64,000 nucleotides of DNA. Origin: a virus (taxonomy: Duplodnaviria; Caudoviricetes). Shown piece by piece: positions 16,491 through 28,600 of this stretch. The stretch is from positions 20,698-84,697 of the IMG/VR virus record IMGVR_UViG_3300020578_005808; one strand, 5' to 3'. The position numbers were made by a program, and so were the translations under genes. Under the pieces are notes generated by a model, which did not search any database, was not told the DNA's origin, and saw nothing but the letters and a program-made list of their open reading frames with translations. Positions within the stretch are counted from its first letter, which is position 1, and each line of letters starts with the position of its first letter.

Positions 16491-19400
16491 TTAAACAACT
16501 AATATTATAGACGGATATAGATTAGAATATCTAAAATCTAAAGAAGTTGTAGAGGATGTTCCGCACGATTCACTACAAAAAACAGGAATACCATTAACTC
16601 TTCCGTTTGGTAAAGATAATGAAAAAGCATTTCCAGATGGAGATTCAGAAATAGTACCTTCCTTGAAAAATTGAAATTTACTTGTAGTAGAATATTTTGA
16701 AGATGGTATAGATGTTGTTGGAGGAACAGTTCTTGGATAAAGATCTCCGAAAACCCCGGGGCAAGCGATAAAAGAAACCCCATTTTCTTTAAATGGCTCA
16801 GTAAAAGTACAAGAGTAATTGTCTTTTCTATAGATACCAAAATATTTGTTAGTAAATTTTTTAATATAATCCATCGGGAAAGCTTTTTCCATCCATGGAT
16901 GAATCATTGCTGAAAATTTAATACTAGATCCATCTTCTGTAGATATAATATAAGTTCCAGCACCAGTGTCTAACTGAGAAGGTACATTTTGCGATTCTAA
17001 ATAAGATCTTCCAACGCTTCTACTTGCAGAAACAGAAAATCCAGAATTACTTGGTATAAAATAACTACTTTCAGAAGTATAAGATACCCTAACTCCTTCA
17101 GTGCTAAAGTCTAGCAGTTGATTTTTATTTGCAATATCATCGATTTGATAATACGAGTTACTAAAAGAAACATTGTTCACAGCCCAAACTGTTGGAAGTA
17201 TTAATCTTACTTCATTTAAACTATTTATTCCAATAGCCATTCTATTAAAAAAGCTTCCTGCCCGAGTAATCATATTAGGTAGCGTTCCATAAGCTGGAGA
17301 ACCATCAGATCTCATAGACAAAGGCATTAATGTAAACCATGGAGCAGTATATCTAGGATTATAAAGAAATACAGCTGGACTATTATCAGTATAAACATTT
17401 AAATAATTTAAAGCAAATGTTTGAGCTGTTTTAGGAACAGAAATATTATTACTATTGTTGACATCTGGAGCTGCGACATCCGTTGAAGAAAAAGAGCTAG
17501 TAATATCACTAGATAACTCAGAATCTTCTAATTCAGAAGCGCTGGCATCAGTTGTTTCAGTATATATTCTGACTTCATCTACAGGACTTAAAGTTTTTGC
17601 AACATATAGTTTAGAAATAGCAAACCAATCAGGATCAAGAATTTCAATCGAAGTGTCATTATTAGAACTAGCATTTTTATTTATATACGGATAAGAAGAT
17701 CTATCCGAATCCTCATCAGGAATATTAGCATTAGAATCAATAATATTATTTCTAGATAAATAATCTTGTAATATTTGAGATTGCTCAGAATTAAGAGCTG
17801 CATCATTACCTCCAACTTCACTTAGTAATTTACCGCCAAAAACAGATGCTTTTAAATTACTAAAAGAATTATTTACTGGAATAAGTACCTGTTTATTAAC
17901 ATTTAAATTAGTGCCAAAAATTTTATAAGAAGATTTAACAATTGGAGTTAAGTCAACGAAAAGTTGAGTTCTTTGATCTTGTTTAGTTTTAAATGTTGAG
18001 TAACCGTAACCCGGATCTATTACTTTAACACCTGAAATTTTTCCATATTCATTTAAGGTAATTTCCGCCTCTGCTTTCTTGCCATTTGGATCAAGATTTG
18101 GTTCTGGCATTGAAACTGATGGCGGTATTAAAAATACATCATCAGGTTTGAATGGTAACTCAACATAACTTATCGTACCAGATCTAACCGGATCTAAGTA
18201 AAATGCTTTGGCAGATGAACTAAGTTTATATAAAACCTTAGTAGTTTGAATTGATTCTCCGGATCCACTTGAGTCAAAATAATAATATTTAAAATTTGTT
18301 ATTTTATCAAAATACTTGAATCCTCTATCTGGGATCTGAATACCTCTCAAAGCTAAATCTCCGAAAGAAATAGCTACTGTATTATCATTTGTATTTCTAG
18401 AAGAAAAACTTATAAATTCATCATAGACAATATATTTCCATCTTGGCGGCAAAAGTAATTTAGAAAAGCTATAATCAACACTTCTATAAGGACTTACGCA
18501 GGTAACTTTATGACTTTCGATTACTATTTTTAAATTGTTAGTTTTATTGTCCTGAATAGTTATTTTATCAAAAAGAGATAAGTATCCAGTTTTATCAACC
18601 TCAGCCCTCGATAGTCTTAATGTAAATTTATTTTCAGAATCATTATAATTTGTAAGAGGACCAGAGAACTGAAGAGAAGTGTTTGATAAAATAGTTCTAT
18701 AAACAGAACCATCAAAATATTTTACGGAAACAGTTAATTCATTTGTAATTATATTAATTGAATTATTAAAAAATTTATAGTTTGGAAAATCATCTATTAT
18801 TTTCCAGAAAAGAATAACGTCAGACGTTTTTCCATCGGTTCCCTTTATAATATTAATACATGGTAAAATTTCAGAAACACAAGCTGGATAAAAATGACCT
18901 CTAAAATTATCAGAGGAAGAATTTAGCGGCGTTGCTTCGTAATAAAATCCTTCGAAAAAACCATCTCCAATATTTAATATATTTCCAAAAGATGAATAAA
19001 CTTTCCCTTTGAACTTATCAGTATCTAAAAAAGCGTGGTTAAAATTATTATCTTTGGAAGAAGTTATGTTATTAAATATAGATGTAGTGTCTTCAGCTTG
19101 ATAGTACGCCTCAGAAATAATAGCAGTTATCTCGTATTTTAACTGAGCTGGCTTTTGCTGAACAACTTCTAAAGAAGGACTAGAAGCATCTGGAGTTGTT
19201 ATACTGCTGGGATTAAGAGCATCGAAAAACAAAAATGTTTGCTTGCTATAAAATTCTCCAATCGAAGTTTTAATTTTTACTAAAAAGAATAAAGCAGAAC
19301 CTATATTAGGAACTGAAACTGATAGTTTACTAAAAACAATTTTATATCCAGTAACGTTATTTCCGCTATCTTTTATATCAAATAAAGAAGTTTGATCAAA

Positions 19401-19979
19401 GCTAAGTTTTATTGGAATCCAACTTAAAGTGTTTTCATTTTTATATAAAAGCTCAACCGAAGAAATAAGAGAAGAATTAAAATTTTCATCAGCAATTAAC
19501 AATATAGTTCCTTTTATTTGATTAAAAGTTCCGTCTTCTCTAGAAACGGAAAATCCATCTGTTTCATTAAAGATTTTTCCTACTGTTTGTGTATCAGAAT
19601 ACGCTCTTTTTACGTAAATAGGATCGGAAGAAAAAGAATCCCCAAAGTCATTAGATACAATCAAAGTTAATTTAGTTGCTAAAGTCCTATGAAAAACTAC
19701 TTCGTACCCTCTTGAAGATAAATTAGTTACATCTATAATCGGCAAAACCTCTTCAGTAATAAAGTAAACAATCTGTTGGTATCGAGGATCTATCGATCCT
19801 ACTTCAATTTTTAATTCAATTTTAGTAGCATTAGAGGCTTTCCATTTTATTACTGCCTTATCTAATAGCCCTAACTGATCTGCTGCCACATCAAAATAAA
19901 TACTGCCAGTTGGAGATCCTGAATTTCCAGCATCATTTCCATCTAACAACAGAGAAATAGTTCCTTGGGCTATAGGCAT
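16491..19979 (-). CDS. Large virion structural protein (tail/baseplate-associated)
   Basis: 1162 aa, Ser/Thr/Asn-rich, within the tail operon. Contains KISGVKVIDPGYGYS and FNRMAIGINSL motifs. Confidence 0.6.
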   Translation of the reverse strand: MPIAQGTISLLLDGNDAGNSGSPTGSIYFDVAADQLGLLDKAVIKWKASNATKIELKIEVGSIDPRYQQIVYFITEEVLPIIDVTNLSSRGYEVVFHRTLATKLTLIVSNDFGDSFSSDPIYVKRAYSDTQTVGKIFNETDGFSVSREDGTFNQIKGTILLIADENFNSSLISSVELLYKNENTLSWIPIKLSFDQTSLFDIKDSGNNVTGYKIVFSKLSVSVPNIGSALFFLVKIKTSIGEFYSKQTFLFFDALNPSSITTPDASSPSLEVVQQKPAQLKYEITAIISEAYYQAEDTTSIFNNITSSKDNNFNHAFLDTDKFKGKVYSSFGNILNIGDGFFEGFYYEATPLNSSSDNFRGHFYPACVSEILPCINIIKGTDGKTSDVILFWKIIDDFPNYKFFNNSINIITNELTVSVKYFDGSVYRTILSNTSLQFSGPLTNYNDSENKFTLRLSRAEVDKTGYLSLFDKITIQDNKTNNLKIVIESHKVTCVSPYRSVDYSFSKLLLPPRWKYIVYDEFISFSSRNTNDNTVAISFGDLALRGIQIPDRGFKYFDKITNFKYYYFDSSGSGESIQTTKVLYKLSSSAKAFYLDPVRSGTISYVELPFKPDDVFLIPPSVSMPEPNLDPNGKKAEAEITLNEYGKISGVKVIDPGYGYSTFKTKQDQRTQLFVDLTPIVKSSYKIFGTNLNVNKQVLIPVNNSFSNLKASVFGGKLLSEVGGNDAALNSEQSQILQDYLSRNNIIDSNANIPDEDSDRSSYPYINKNASSNNDTSIEILDPDWFAISKLYVAKTLSPVDEVRIYTETTDASASELEDSELSSDITSSFSSTDVAAPDVNNSNNISVPKTAQTFALNYLNVYTDNSPAVFLYNPRYTAPWFTLMPLSMRSDGSPAYGTLPNMITRAGSFFNRMAIGINSLNEVRLILPTVWAVNNVSFSNSYYQIDDIANKNQLLDFSTEGVRVSYTSESSYFIPSNSGFSVSASRSVGRSYLESQNVPSQLDTGAGTYIISTEDGSSIKFSAMIHPWMEKAFPMDYIKKFTNKYFGIYRKDNYSCTFTEPFKENGVSFIACPGVFGDLYPRTVPPTTSIPSSKYSTTSKFQFFKEGTISESPSGNAFSLSLPNGRVNGIPVFCSESCGTSSTTSLDFRYSNLYPSIILVV

Positions 19980-19981
19980 AA

Positions 19982-22696
19982 TTAATAAATAGGTGTATAG
20001 TTTACATTTATAGTAACATCATCCTCGTTAAAGTCAGAATCTGGAGAAATATTCAATGAGTATGTAAAATTATTAATCTTATTAAATGTTACACCTTTAA
20101 GCTCTTCATTAGGATTAAGATAAGATTCAAAAGAAAAGAAAAGCGCTTCTGGATCTAAAGAAATATACTTATAATAATCAGAGATATTAATTACCGAATC
20201 GTCAATTGCTTTTAATATTAAATGAGCGTAAATTGTTTCTTCTTTTTTGAAATTAGATATTTCAGTTGTTAAACTAGAATCACTATAAAATTTTACGATA
20301 GCTGGATTTTCCATAGAAAGCCTCAGTGGCAAAATATAAACAGAACTTGATGCACTAGCTGTTCTTATGGTTTCAATTCCAGAAGAAGCGTATAAACTTC
20401 TTGTTGTAACTTTTACAGAAAGACTTTTTGAATTAACTAAAGAAAAGTACTCAGTTGTTATCGTTGAAGAATTAGAGGAAGTCGAATAATCTAAAAGTTG
20501 AGTTGAAGAGTAAATGACATTAGATTGATCATTTATAATTTCAATTAAGACATCAGTAGAATTTGAATAATCAAAAGAAAAAGTTAAACTAATAGAGTCT
20601 AAATCACTATATTCTTTATTTAAAATTGAAACATTAGATACAGTTGGCGTAGTAGTTACATATTCTTTGAAATAAAATGGAAGAGTGAATTCTGTTCCAT
20701 CTGTTAAAATAGCAGTTAAATTTACTTTTTTATCACTACCTAAGCCGAGAAGTAAATCCTCTTTTGAAATTTCATAATAGTTGCCATCTGGTATTTCTAC
20801 AGAATCGTATTCACCAAAACGAAATTGTAAATTGCTCCCGTAAACATACTCTAATAAAAATCTAAAATTATCCGAACTAGATCTTAAAAAATAATAAACA
20901 TATGTTAATGGAGAACTCTGAGTAAAATCTGTTCCGGAAACAGCAGAATAAACATTACCTTCTAAATCATAAAAATTTCCTAATATCGCTCCTCTATAAA
21001 GTTTTAAAGAAAAGGAATCTATAGAAATTGACTTTTCTATTAATATTGAATCTGAAAAAGAAAAAACACTTGCTTCTAGCGAGTCAAACTCATAAAAATA
21101 ATTTCTTACTTCAACATGGAGAGTTCCATATTTACTAGCGGTACTAATATTAGTAATTTGATTAGTACCATCAATAGAATCTGTAATATTTACAGTAGTT
21201 GGAATTTCATTTTCAAAATAATAGATTAATTTAGTAGCATAGTTAGATATTACTTGTACTGTATCGTCAGATAATTTTTTTAAAGACAAGGTCGGAATTT
21301 TAACGGTTGGATTAAAATCAACCAAGTACTCTGTTGTATTAGTCCCATCAGTACCTTTAAATCTATATGTAAATATAAAACTCTGCTCAAAATAACTTGG
21401 ATCGAATCGATATGAAAAATAAAATGATAAATCTAAACTTTCATTCTCGTATTTTTGAGTAGTTGTTTGAAGAGATCCATTTCCTAAAAATGATTCTTCT
21501 GTTTCGTCGCTTTTTATGTATTTAAGGTATGTAAAATTATAAGCGTATACATTTAATGCATTAGATAAAATAGGTAAATCTTTATAAAGATACGCTGCCG
21601 AATCTATTACATTGTCAACTTTAAATAAAACTGCTTGAGCTGCACCGCCACATAATTGTTGATCCGCTACAATTTGAACTGGTCCACCATTATATTGGAT
21701 CATGATGTTTCCACCAAGATCGCAAGCCATTGTATCTAAAGGTAAACTAGAAAAACTATCATCAGTATTTATTTTGCCATCCTCATTAAGGCAAACAGTA
21801 GGCAATTCAACTGACAATTCTAATAAATCATCTTGCCCTATTGAACCAGTCTCAACAAAAGATCCATCAACAATTACGGAAAAAGGATAAAGCAACGTAA
21901 ATAAATATAAAGAAGACGCTGTTGAAAAAGATGTAGAATCTGCATCTGTAAAATCTTGCAGCACTTTATCCTCAGACAAAGAATCCCTAAAAACTAACAC
22001 AAAAGTAGAATAATAAAAACTATCACTTGAAAAATCATAATTTTTAGAAACAAAAATATAAACTTTACATTTTCTATAGGAAGAAAATATTTTTTCAGAC
22101 ACGTTTGGATAATCTAAATCTTCATAATCCCAAGGATATTGCAATTCATTAACCTTAGATAATGATATTTTATATTTATCTAAAAATATACCCTCGTATT
22201 CTCTAACTTCTGTATAAACATCATTAGATCTAGTATCATCAATAAAAGTATCAGAGTTTTGAACTCCAAAGTAAGCTGTATCTAAAGAGTCTATGCCGTT
22301 ATTATAAATTTTATAAGAGCCTATTAAATCAGATGTATTTAGTGTGCCATCATTATTTATAGAAAGACAATTTTTTTGACTCGGATTCTTATATTTGCAT
22401 AAAATAAATAAATTTGCTAAGCTAGAGTTAATTTCTTGAATCTCACTTCTGTAGGATTCATTATATTGCGCAGCGCTACTTAAACTAGAAGACTCTAAAA
22501 TTATATTATGATAAAAGTTACTTAATTCTGTTTTATTTGATAAACTAATAGAGTTATAGAATTCCCTATTAGTTATGTCTTTAATAAAAGCAGAACTTAT
22601 CTGAGTAGAAATATTAGTAGCTTGCTCTCCTATTGGTTTAATAGTTAAAGATTCAATGCAAGCGTTAATATTTAGATAAAATAACTGACTACTCAT
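19982..22696 (-). CDS. Putative virion structural protein, beta-rich and acidic
   Basis: 904 aa, translationally coupled within the tail operon. No family recognised. Confidence 0.55.
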   Translation of the reverse strand: MSSQLFYLNINACIESLTIKPIGEQATNISTQISSAFIKDITNREFYNSISLSNKTELSNFYHNIILESSSLSSAAQYNESYRSEIQEINSSLANLFILCKYKNPSQKNCLSINNDGTLNTSDLIGSYKIYNNGIDSLDTAYFGVQNSDTFIDDTRSNDVYTEVREYEGIFLDKYKISLSKVNELQYPWDYEDLDYPNVSEKIFSSYRKCKVYIFVSKNYDFSSDSFYYSTFVLVFRDSLSEDKVLQDFTDADSTSFSTASSLYLFTLLYPFSVIVDGSFVETGSIGQDDLLELSVELPTVCLNEDGKINTDDSFSSLPLDTMACDLGGNIMIQYNGGPVQIVADQQLCGGAAQAVLFKVDNVIDSAAYLYKDLPILSNALNVYAYNFTYLKYIKSDETEESFLGNGSLQTTTQKYENESLDLSFYFSYRFDPSYFEQSFIFTYRFKGTDGTNTTEYLVDFNPTVKIPTLSLKKLSDDTVQVISNYATKLIYYFENEIPTTVNITDSIDGTNQITNISTASKYGTLHVEVRNYFYEFDSLEASVFSFSDSILIEKSISIDSFSLKLYRGAILGNFYDLEGNVYSAVSGTDFTQSSPLTYVYYFLRSSSDNFRFLLEYVYGSNLQFRFGEYDSVEIPDGNYYEISKEDLLLGLGSDKKVNLTAILTDGTEFTLPFYFKEYVTTTPTVSNVSILNKEYSDLDSISLTFSFDYSNSTDVLIEIINDQSNVIYSSTQLLDYSTSSNSSTITTEYFSLVNSKSLSVKVTTRSLYASSGIETIRTASASSSVYILPLRLSMENPAIVKFYSDSSLTTEISNFKKEETIYAHLILKAIDDSVINISDYYKYISLDPEALFFSFESYLNPNEELKGVTFNKINNFTYSLNISPDSDFNEDDVTINVNYTPIY

Positions 22697-25600
22697 AATC
22701 TTGATTTAATATTTGAACTGCTGAATCATTGTTAAAATCTTCAACATTTAAAGTTGGCATTGAAGACATTTTTTCTAAAGAAATTGTAATATCAAAAGTT
22801 GATGTTTTTAATTGAGATGGTGTTTCTGTATCTATTTGCAATAGACTATTTCTTGGCAAAGAACCAAAAACAAAAGCTTTATCAGAATATAAATAATCGT
22901 CAACGTAATATTTATTAATTACACTACTCTTAAATTTATTTTTTTGAGATGGCGTTAATCCGTAATCGAATGCTGTAGTTATTTCTCCTGTGTCACTCAT
23001 TACTAATTTTTCCTGCAATGCTGAGTAAAAAGTATATCCATAATTTAAAATAGGAGATTTCAATATACCTTTTTTAAATGCACACTTAACAAAAGAAAGT
23101 TCTTTAGTTTCTCCATTTTCTTGGAAAGTAAGCTTCACTGTAGAGTCTGGGTAAATTGTTTGAATAGACCAAATATCTTTATTAAAGTTAGATTCTAACC
23201 AAAAAGCATTTTGACTATCAGGTATCCAACAAAGAGAAGCTACTTCTCCGTATTTCAAAGATAAAGAAGAGCCTATATTACTAAAAATAAAATCTTTAAA
23301 ACCGGCTAATTTATCAGAATTTTCAGTTTCAATAATAGTAAGATCAGCTAAACCCTCTTCGATTTGAGATTTGGGATCAGCGATAAAACCCTCCGGAATT
23401 TCTCTAACTACCTTAGAGACTCTAACATAATTTGGATAATCAATTTCGTACCAAAATGATTTTCCACCAATAAAAGATTGACCATTGTAATATGTCTTAC
23501 CCATGTAACGAACCGATCCAAAACTAATAGTAGAATCATTAATTTTATCGCCAAGAAAAAGATTATAAAATAAACCTTCGTTTATTTCAACCATGTATTC
23601 AGTTCCTTCTTTTATTCCGGGCAGCGTATAATAATTACTAGAAGGATCAAAGAATAAAAACTTGTAAATAGTTTCATGCCCAATTCCAAGCTCGTAGGCT
23701 AATATATTTTGCGGGCAATCGTTTGGAATTTCAGCTCCTTTATAATAGTTTTCAAAATTTAAAAATACAGTCTCAGTCTGATTGTTTTTAGAATATAATT
23801 TTAAATAAGATTGAGTTTGAACAAAATCAATATTAGAAACAGGTAAAATTTCTTGGTGTTGTTCGATCCCTAAAACAAGACTTACTTCCCTCTGAGTAGA
23901 AATTAAAGTCTTAGGATTAAATACAGCATAGCATTCATCTTTATTTTTAGCTTTCTTCAGATATCTAAAAGAAGAATTATTAATAACCAAAACTGTATTA
24001 TGGTATAAAGAAACATTATAATCAGGAGTTTTAACTAAAATATCGCTAGCTGTATTATTAACTAAAAATGTATTGTTAGAATAAGGGGTTAAAGAAACGG
24101 TACTTTCTTGATTCGTTATTATATAATGCCCATGAGATGTTAATTTATAAGTAGGTTTTAGCAAAGCTACAGGAGATGAATACCAATCTCTAGAACCAAA
24201 ATAAGATATAGTAGGAAAACTATATACAGACAAAGAATTTATAAAGTTAACTCCCGGAAGAAAATCTGGAGTTAAATTTGTTAAAAAGGAATGATTAAAA
24301 TAGCAAGACGCAAATTTTCCTGAATGTAATGTTAATAAAACATCTGAAGCTATGTTATCGTTTTCATTTTCAATAATAGATAAACTTCTAACATCAATAG
24401 TCTGGCAAGAATCAACGAAAAGAGAAATATTTTTATCTAAAAGGAAATTGGTATTCTTATTTCTATAAGAAATATAAAATTTACTTGTTTGATGAGATTC
24501 GCAATACTTAAATTTTAAAACTCCAGACTCTTTATATATTACAGCCAATCTTAAAGGATCTAAACTTAAAGAGTAAGTGGAGTCATCAAAATATATTTTT
24601 AAAATCCCTAAAGTATTATTAAAAAAGAAAAATGAATCATTTATAATGTCGCATCCAGTTAATCTTAATTCACATTGATCAAAAACATAACCATTTTGAT
24701 TTCTTATGGAAGATCCATAAATAAACAATTTAGAATTTGAATCATAAGTTTCTAAATCAAAAAGATTTAAAAAAGCATAATTTTGAGCACTTTCTATATC
24801 TACTGGTGACCATAATCCATCTTTAGCTTTTAATAAAGAAAAAAATCTTTGACTTCTAATGTCAGATTGATAGTAATTTAATTTTAAATAAGAATTTTCA
24901 GCTGGTTTCGGAAAAGAAACATTTGCAATACCAACAAGCTGATCAGATTTTGGAACTTGCAAAATTTCAGATTCAATAAAATTAGTGCTAGCATTATATA
25001 CTATTGGATTTATTGTAAAAGAAGATCCATTAAAAGAAACTCTATTAAAAGGAGCTGAAGAAGAAGATAGTTTTAAAACAGAAGAATTATTGAATATAAC
25101 AGATAGAGGATAATTGCAGGAGTTATAAACGTAAAAATTTTGAAATTGTTTATTTTCAAAACTATCCAAAGAAATCTTGAAAGTATTCAAGTTTGGCAAA
25201 TAAACAAATTCATTTCCGCTTGTTACATTAGAACAAGATTCTAAAGAAATTCCTTTTAAATTTTTAAGTTCAGCAAAGCAATTTTGAACTTTGGGAAGAG
25301 CGACCGTTTGTTTTTTCCACTCGTAATTAGCGCCATTTAAGTAAACGTAAAAAATGCAAACAGAATTTACCTCTGTTAAATTTGTATTTGTTGTCGTGTC
25401 TGAATAGTTGTATATTTGATTTGGTGAATTTGTATTATTTTTAACCAAATTAACAAAAACGAATTTCTTGTCTTCTAAAAGTTCACCTAAGGTAAAACGA
25501 TTTTCATTAACAGAAACAGAAGCTTTAAGATTAGGAAGATAAAAAGTAACGCATTCTCTATAAAAAGGAATTAATAATAAACCCCCTAAATCTTCAATAT

Positions 25601-28600
25601 TAATTTTTTGATATTTACCTTCGAAAAAAGAACCAATATCAACATGAGTTCTAGTAATAATATTTGGTTTTTTAGGTAAATCATTTGTTTTTCTTCTAGC
25701 AAACTCATTTCCCCAAACATGTTCTTTTAATAATATCGTTTGATCATTCGATTCACCCCCAGAAGAACATTTCAAATATAAATAAAAATCATTTAAAATG
25801 TATGAAATATTTTCAGAAATTTGTAAGTCAGGACCTTTTCTTCCAAAGCAAAATATAAATGGCTCACCTGAAGCTTCAGAATTAGTCTTGCTATCAATAG
25901 TTAAATCTTCGCCTAAATCAATAATTGAATAATTTAAATCGTCTAAATTAATAAAAGTTTTTTCAACTTTTTCTAGTGGCGTAAAAGCTTGAGTGATTGA
26001 ATCAGAAATTGATTGAGATGATTTAGAATAACCTTGATTTTGCCATAATGATTTAAAAATATGATTCTCTTCAATCTCAAAATTTTGATTTTCATACGCT
26101 ACACTTAAACCTCCTTCGATTGGTATTTCTCCGTCAGAAGCAGGATTATAATTAGCATAGTTCCAAGTTGATGCTGATACTGAAAGTGTTTTATTATCAT
26201 TAGGCTCTAGTGTAATAATTTTACCAGTAGATGAAATTAATTTTAAATCAATAGGTCTTGAACCAGAATTTAAAAATACAAATTTGCTAGCAATTCCATT
26301 GGCGTCAGGTAAAATTATTGAGTTAACATCTGTTGCGTAAGTAATTCGATAAAAATAAGAGTCTTCATTGTCAACATAATAATCTCTTGCTACTTCCTCT
26401 TTTGAAGAAGCAATAAAAAATTCTTCATTATTGTAAATAGGATTTGTTACTAAAGAATTATTTATAATTCTATTTTTACAAAGATCAACAGCTTCACTAG
26501 AAAGCCTTACTCGGTCATAAGAAAAATTAGCGCATAAATGACCAGCTTTTAATTCAGTAATAGTTTTTAATGCGTTATTTTGATTCTGCTCGTTAAATAT
26601 TTGAATATCTCCATCTGTCTTGTCGAAAATTATGGACCCATCTGGAGAAGTTCCTTGATCAAATTTAAAATCAAAACTGTCTCCTTTATCGAATACTGGT
26701 GTTTCTTTATTCTCATCAAAAGAAAGAAGTTGCAGGTTTCTAGGAGTGCTACAAATTACTTTTCCATTATAAGATCCTTCTCGATTATAAAAATCAGAAA
26801 CAGTTAAATTATTAAGCCCCGTATCTCTTATGTAAAAAACATCAAACTCATGAAAAGTTGAATCACTATCATAATAGCCAAAAACAGAAGAAGTTTTTTC
26901 TCCAAAAACACTATTCAAATTTATTTGATCAACTTCTAGACGAGCTAAAGTAGGAATTGTATCGGAAGAATTTTTTCTATAAAGTTTTAAAATCTTAGAG
27001 TTGCCTTTTATTAATTTATTTTCTAAAAGATCTTGATCTTGTTTAACTGCTATATTTTGAATTAAATTTGGCGCAAATCTGTTTTTATTAATTAAAAATG
27101 TTCCAGAGTCAGCAAAATTACTAGCGGCGGGAATTTCTAATTCAGTAGAACAAAATTTTAAATTTAATAAATTAATTCCAGATGCGCCAGTTAGATATAT
27201 AGAGGGATCAATGTTAAAAAATAAATGATTATAAGCTTCAGAAATTTCGACAATCGATGCTCTACCGCTACCTTTTTCTAAAACAACTCTAGCTATTTTA
27301 TTGTTAGCTAAAGAAAATACAGTTTGAGTTAAATTACGAGAAAACTCCAATGGAGTAGTTGATTTGTTGATAAAGTAAACAAAGGATGTAGATTTTAAAG
27401 CTGATTCAATATATCCCACATCTATTTTTGAAGAAGGAGTTTTTACGACAATTAACTGTTCTTTATCATCAGTTATTACAGTCGAAAAATCATTTGAAGG
27501 GAAAAGAATTTTTTCACTGATTACCCCCTTCGAATCTTTAGTTATTGTTAATTTAAAATCTTCCGATCCCCTAGGTAAAAAATATTCATTTGTCCCATTT
27601 TTAATTTTTAAATTTAAAGATCTATTAATTGAATCGTCTTTAAGAAAAAAGTATTCAACTGGTTGTTGATTAGAATTATCAGCTCCGAAATGAGAAATAA
27701 TAATTTCAGTATCATCTTTTAAAACAAAAATATTATTAGGTTCATTTTCAGTCCCTTTAAGAAAAACTTTTATTGAATCAAAATAATTTTTCTTATTTAC
27801 TGTTGGAGCTGCGGCAGACCCATCCCAAGAAACTAAGTTGAAAGAATCAGCATCTAGATCAACATCTCCATTAATAGACAAAGGCTCTTTAGAAAAATTA
27901 TAAATTCCAAGATTTGAATAAGATTTTGGTTTTAATTCTAATAAAGAATGATTAAAATTGACCAAGTCTTCATCAGAACTTATATAAGAAACTTGACATT
28001 CTACATTATTATAACTAGTGTTTTCGACAACCGTTGGATTATAAGATGAATTCCAGCCATTTGAAAAGTCGATCTTTTTAGTTTGATTAGCAGCGATACT
28101 AATCGAAGCTGAGTTATAGCTTATAGTTATTGAACTAGAACTATCATTAATAATTGTAGCGGTAAAAGTTTTTAAAACCCCTAGAGAAAAATCTCCGGGA
28201 TTAACACTTGCGTTCGCTGTTAAATATAAAAATCCACCATCTTCAACTTCAGCAGTTAAACTAGGCAAACTTGAAATTGCAGAAGTAGTTTTTGAAGGAT
28301 AATTTGCTACAACACCTACATAATTAGATGAGATTGATGTTGATCCCCCATTAACAGAATCAGATAAAGAACAACTACTTGCTCCCGTATTAGCAACGTA
28401 AAACTCTAAACCATCAAAAGCACTTGTAATAGAAGCAGATTTACCATCTGTAATAAAATAATAACCACTGTAATTAGAATTAATTGTAAAACCACTTTGT
28501 TTTGATTCTTTATTATCAAATTGTATTAATGAAGAATATGTAGCTCCAGCTAATAAATTATAACCGCTTTCGTAATTAGTATTTTGAATTGTATTAACTG

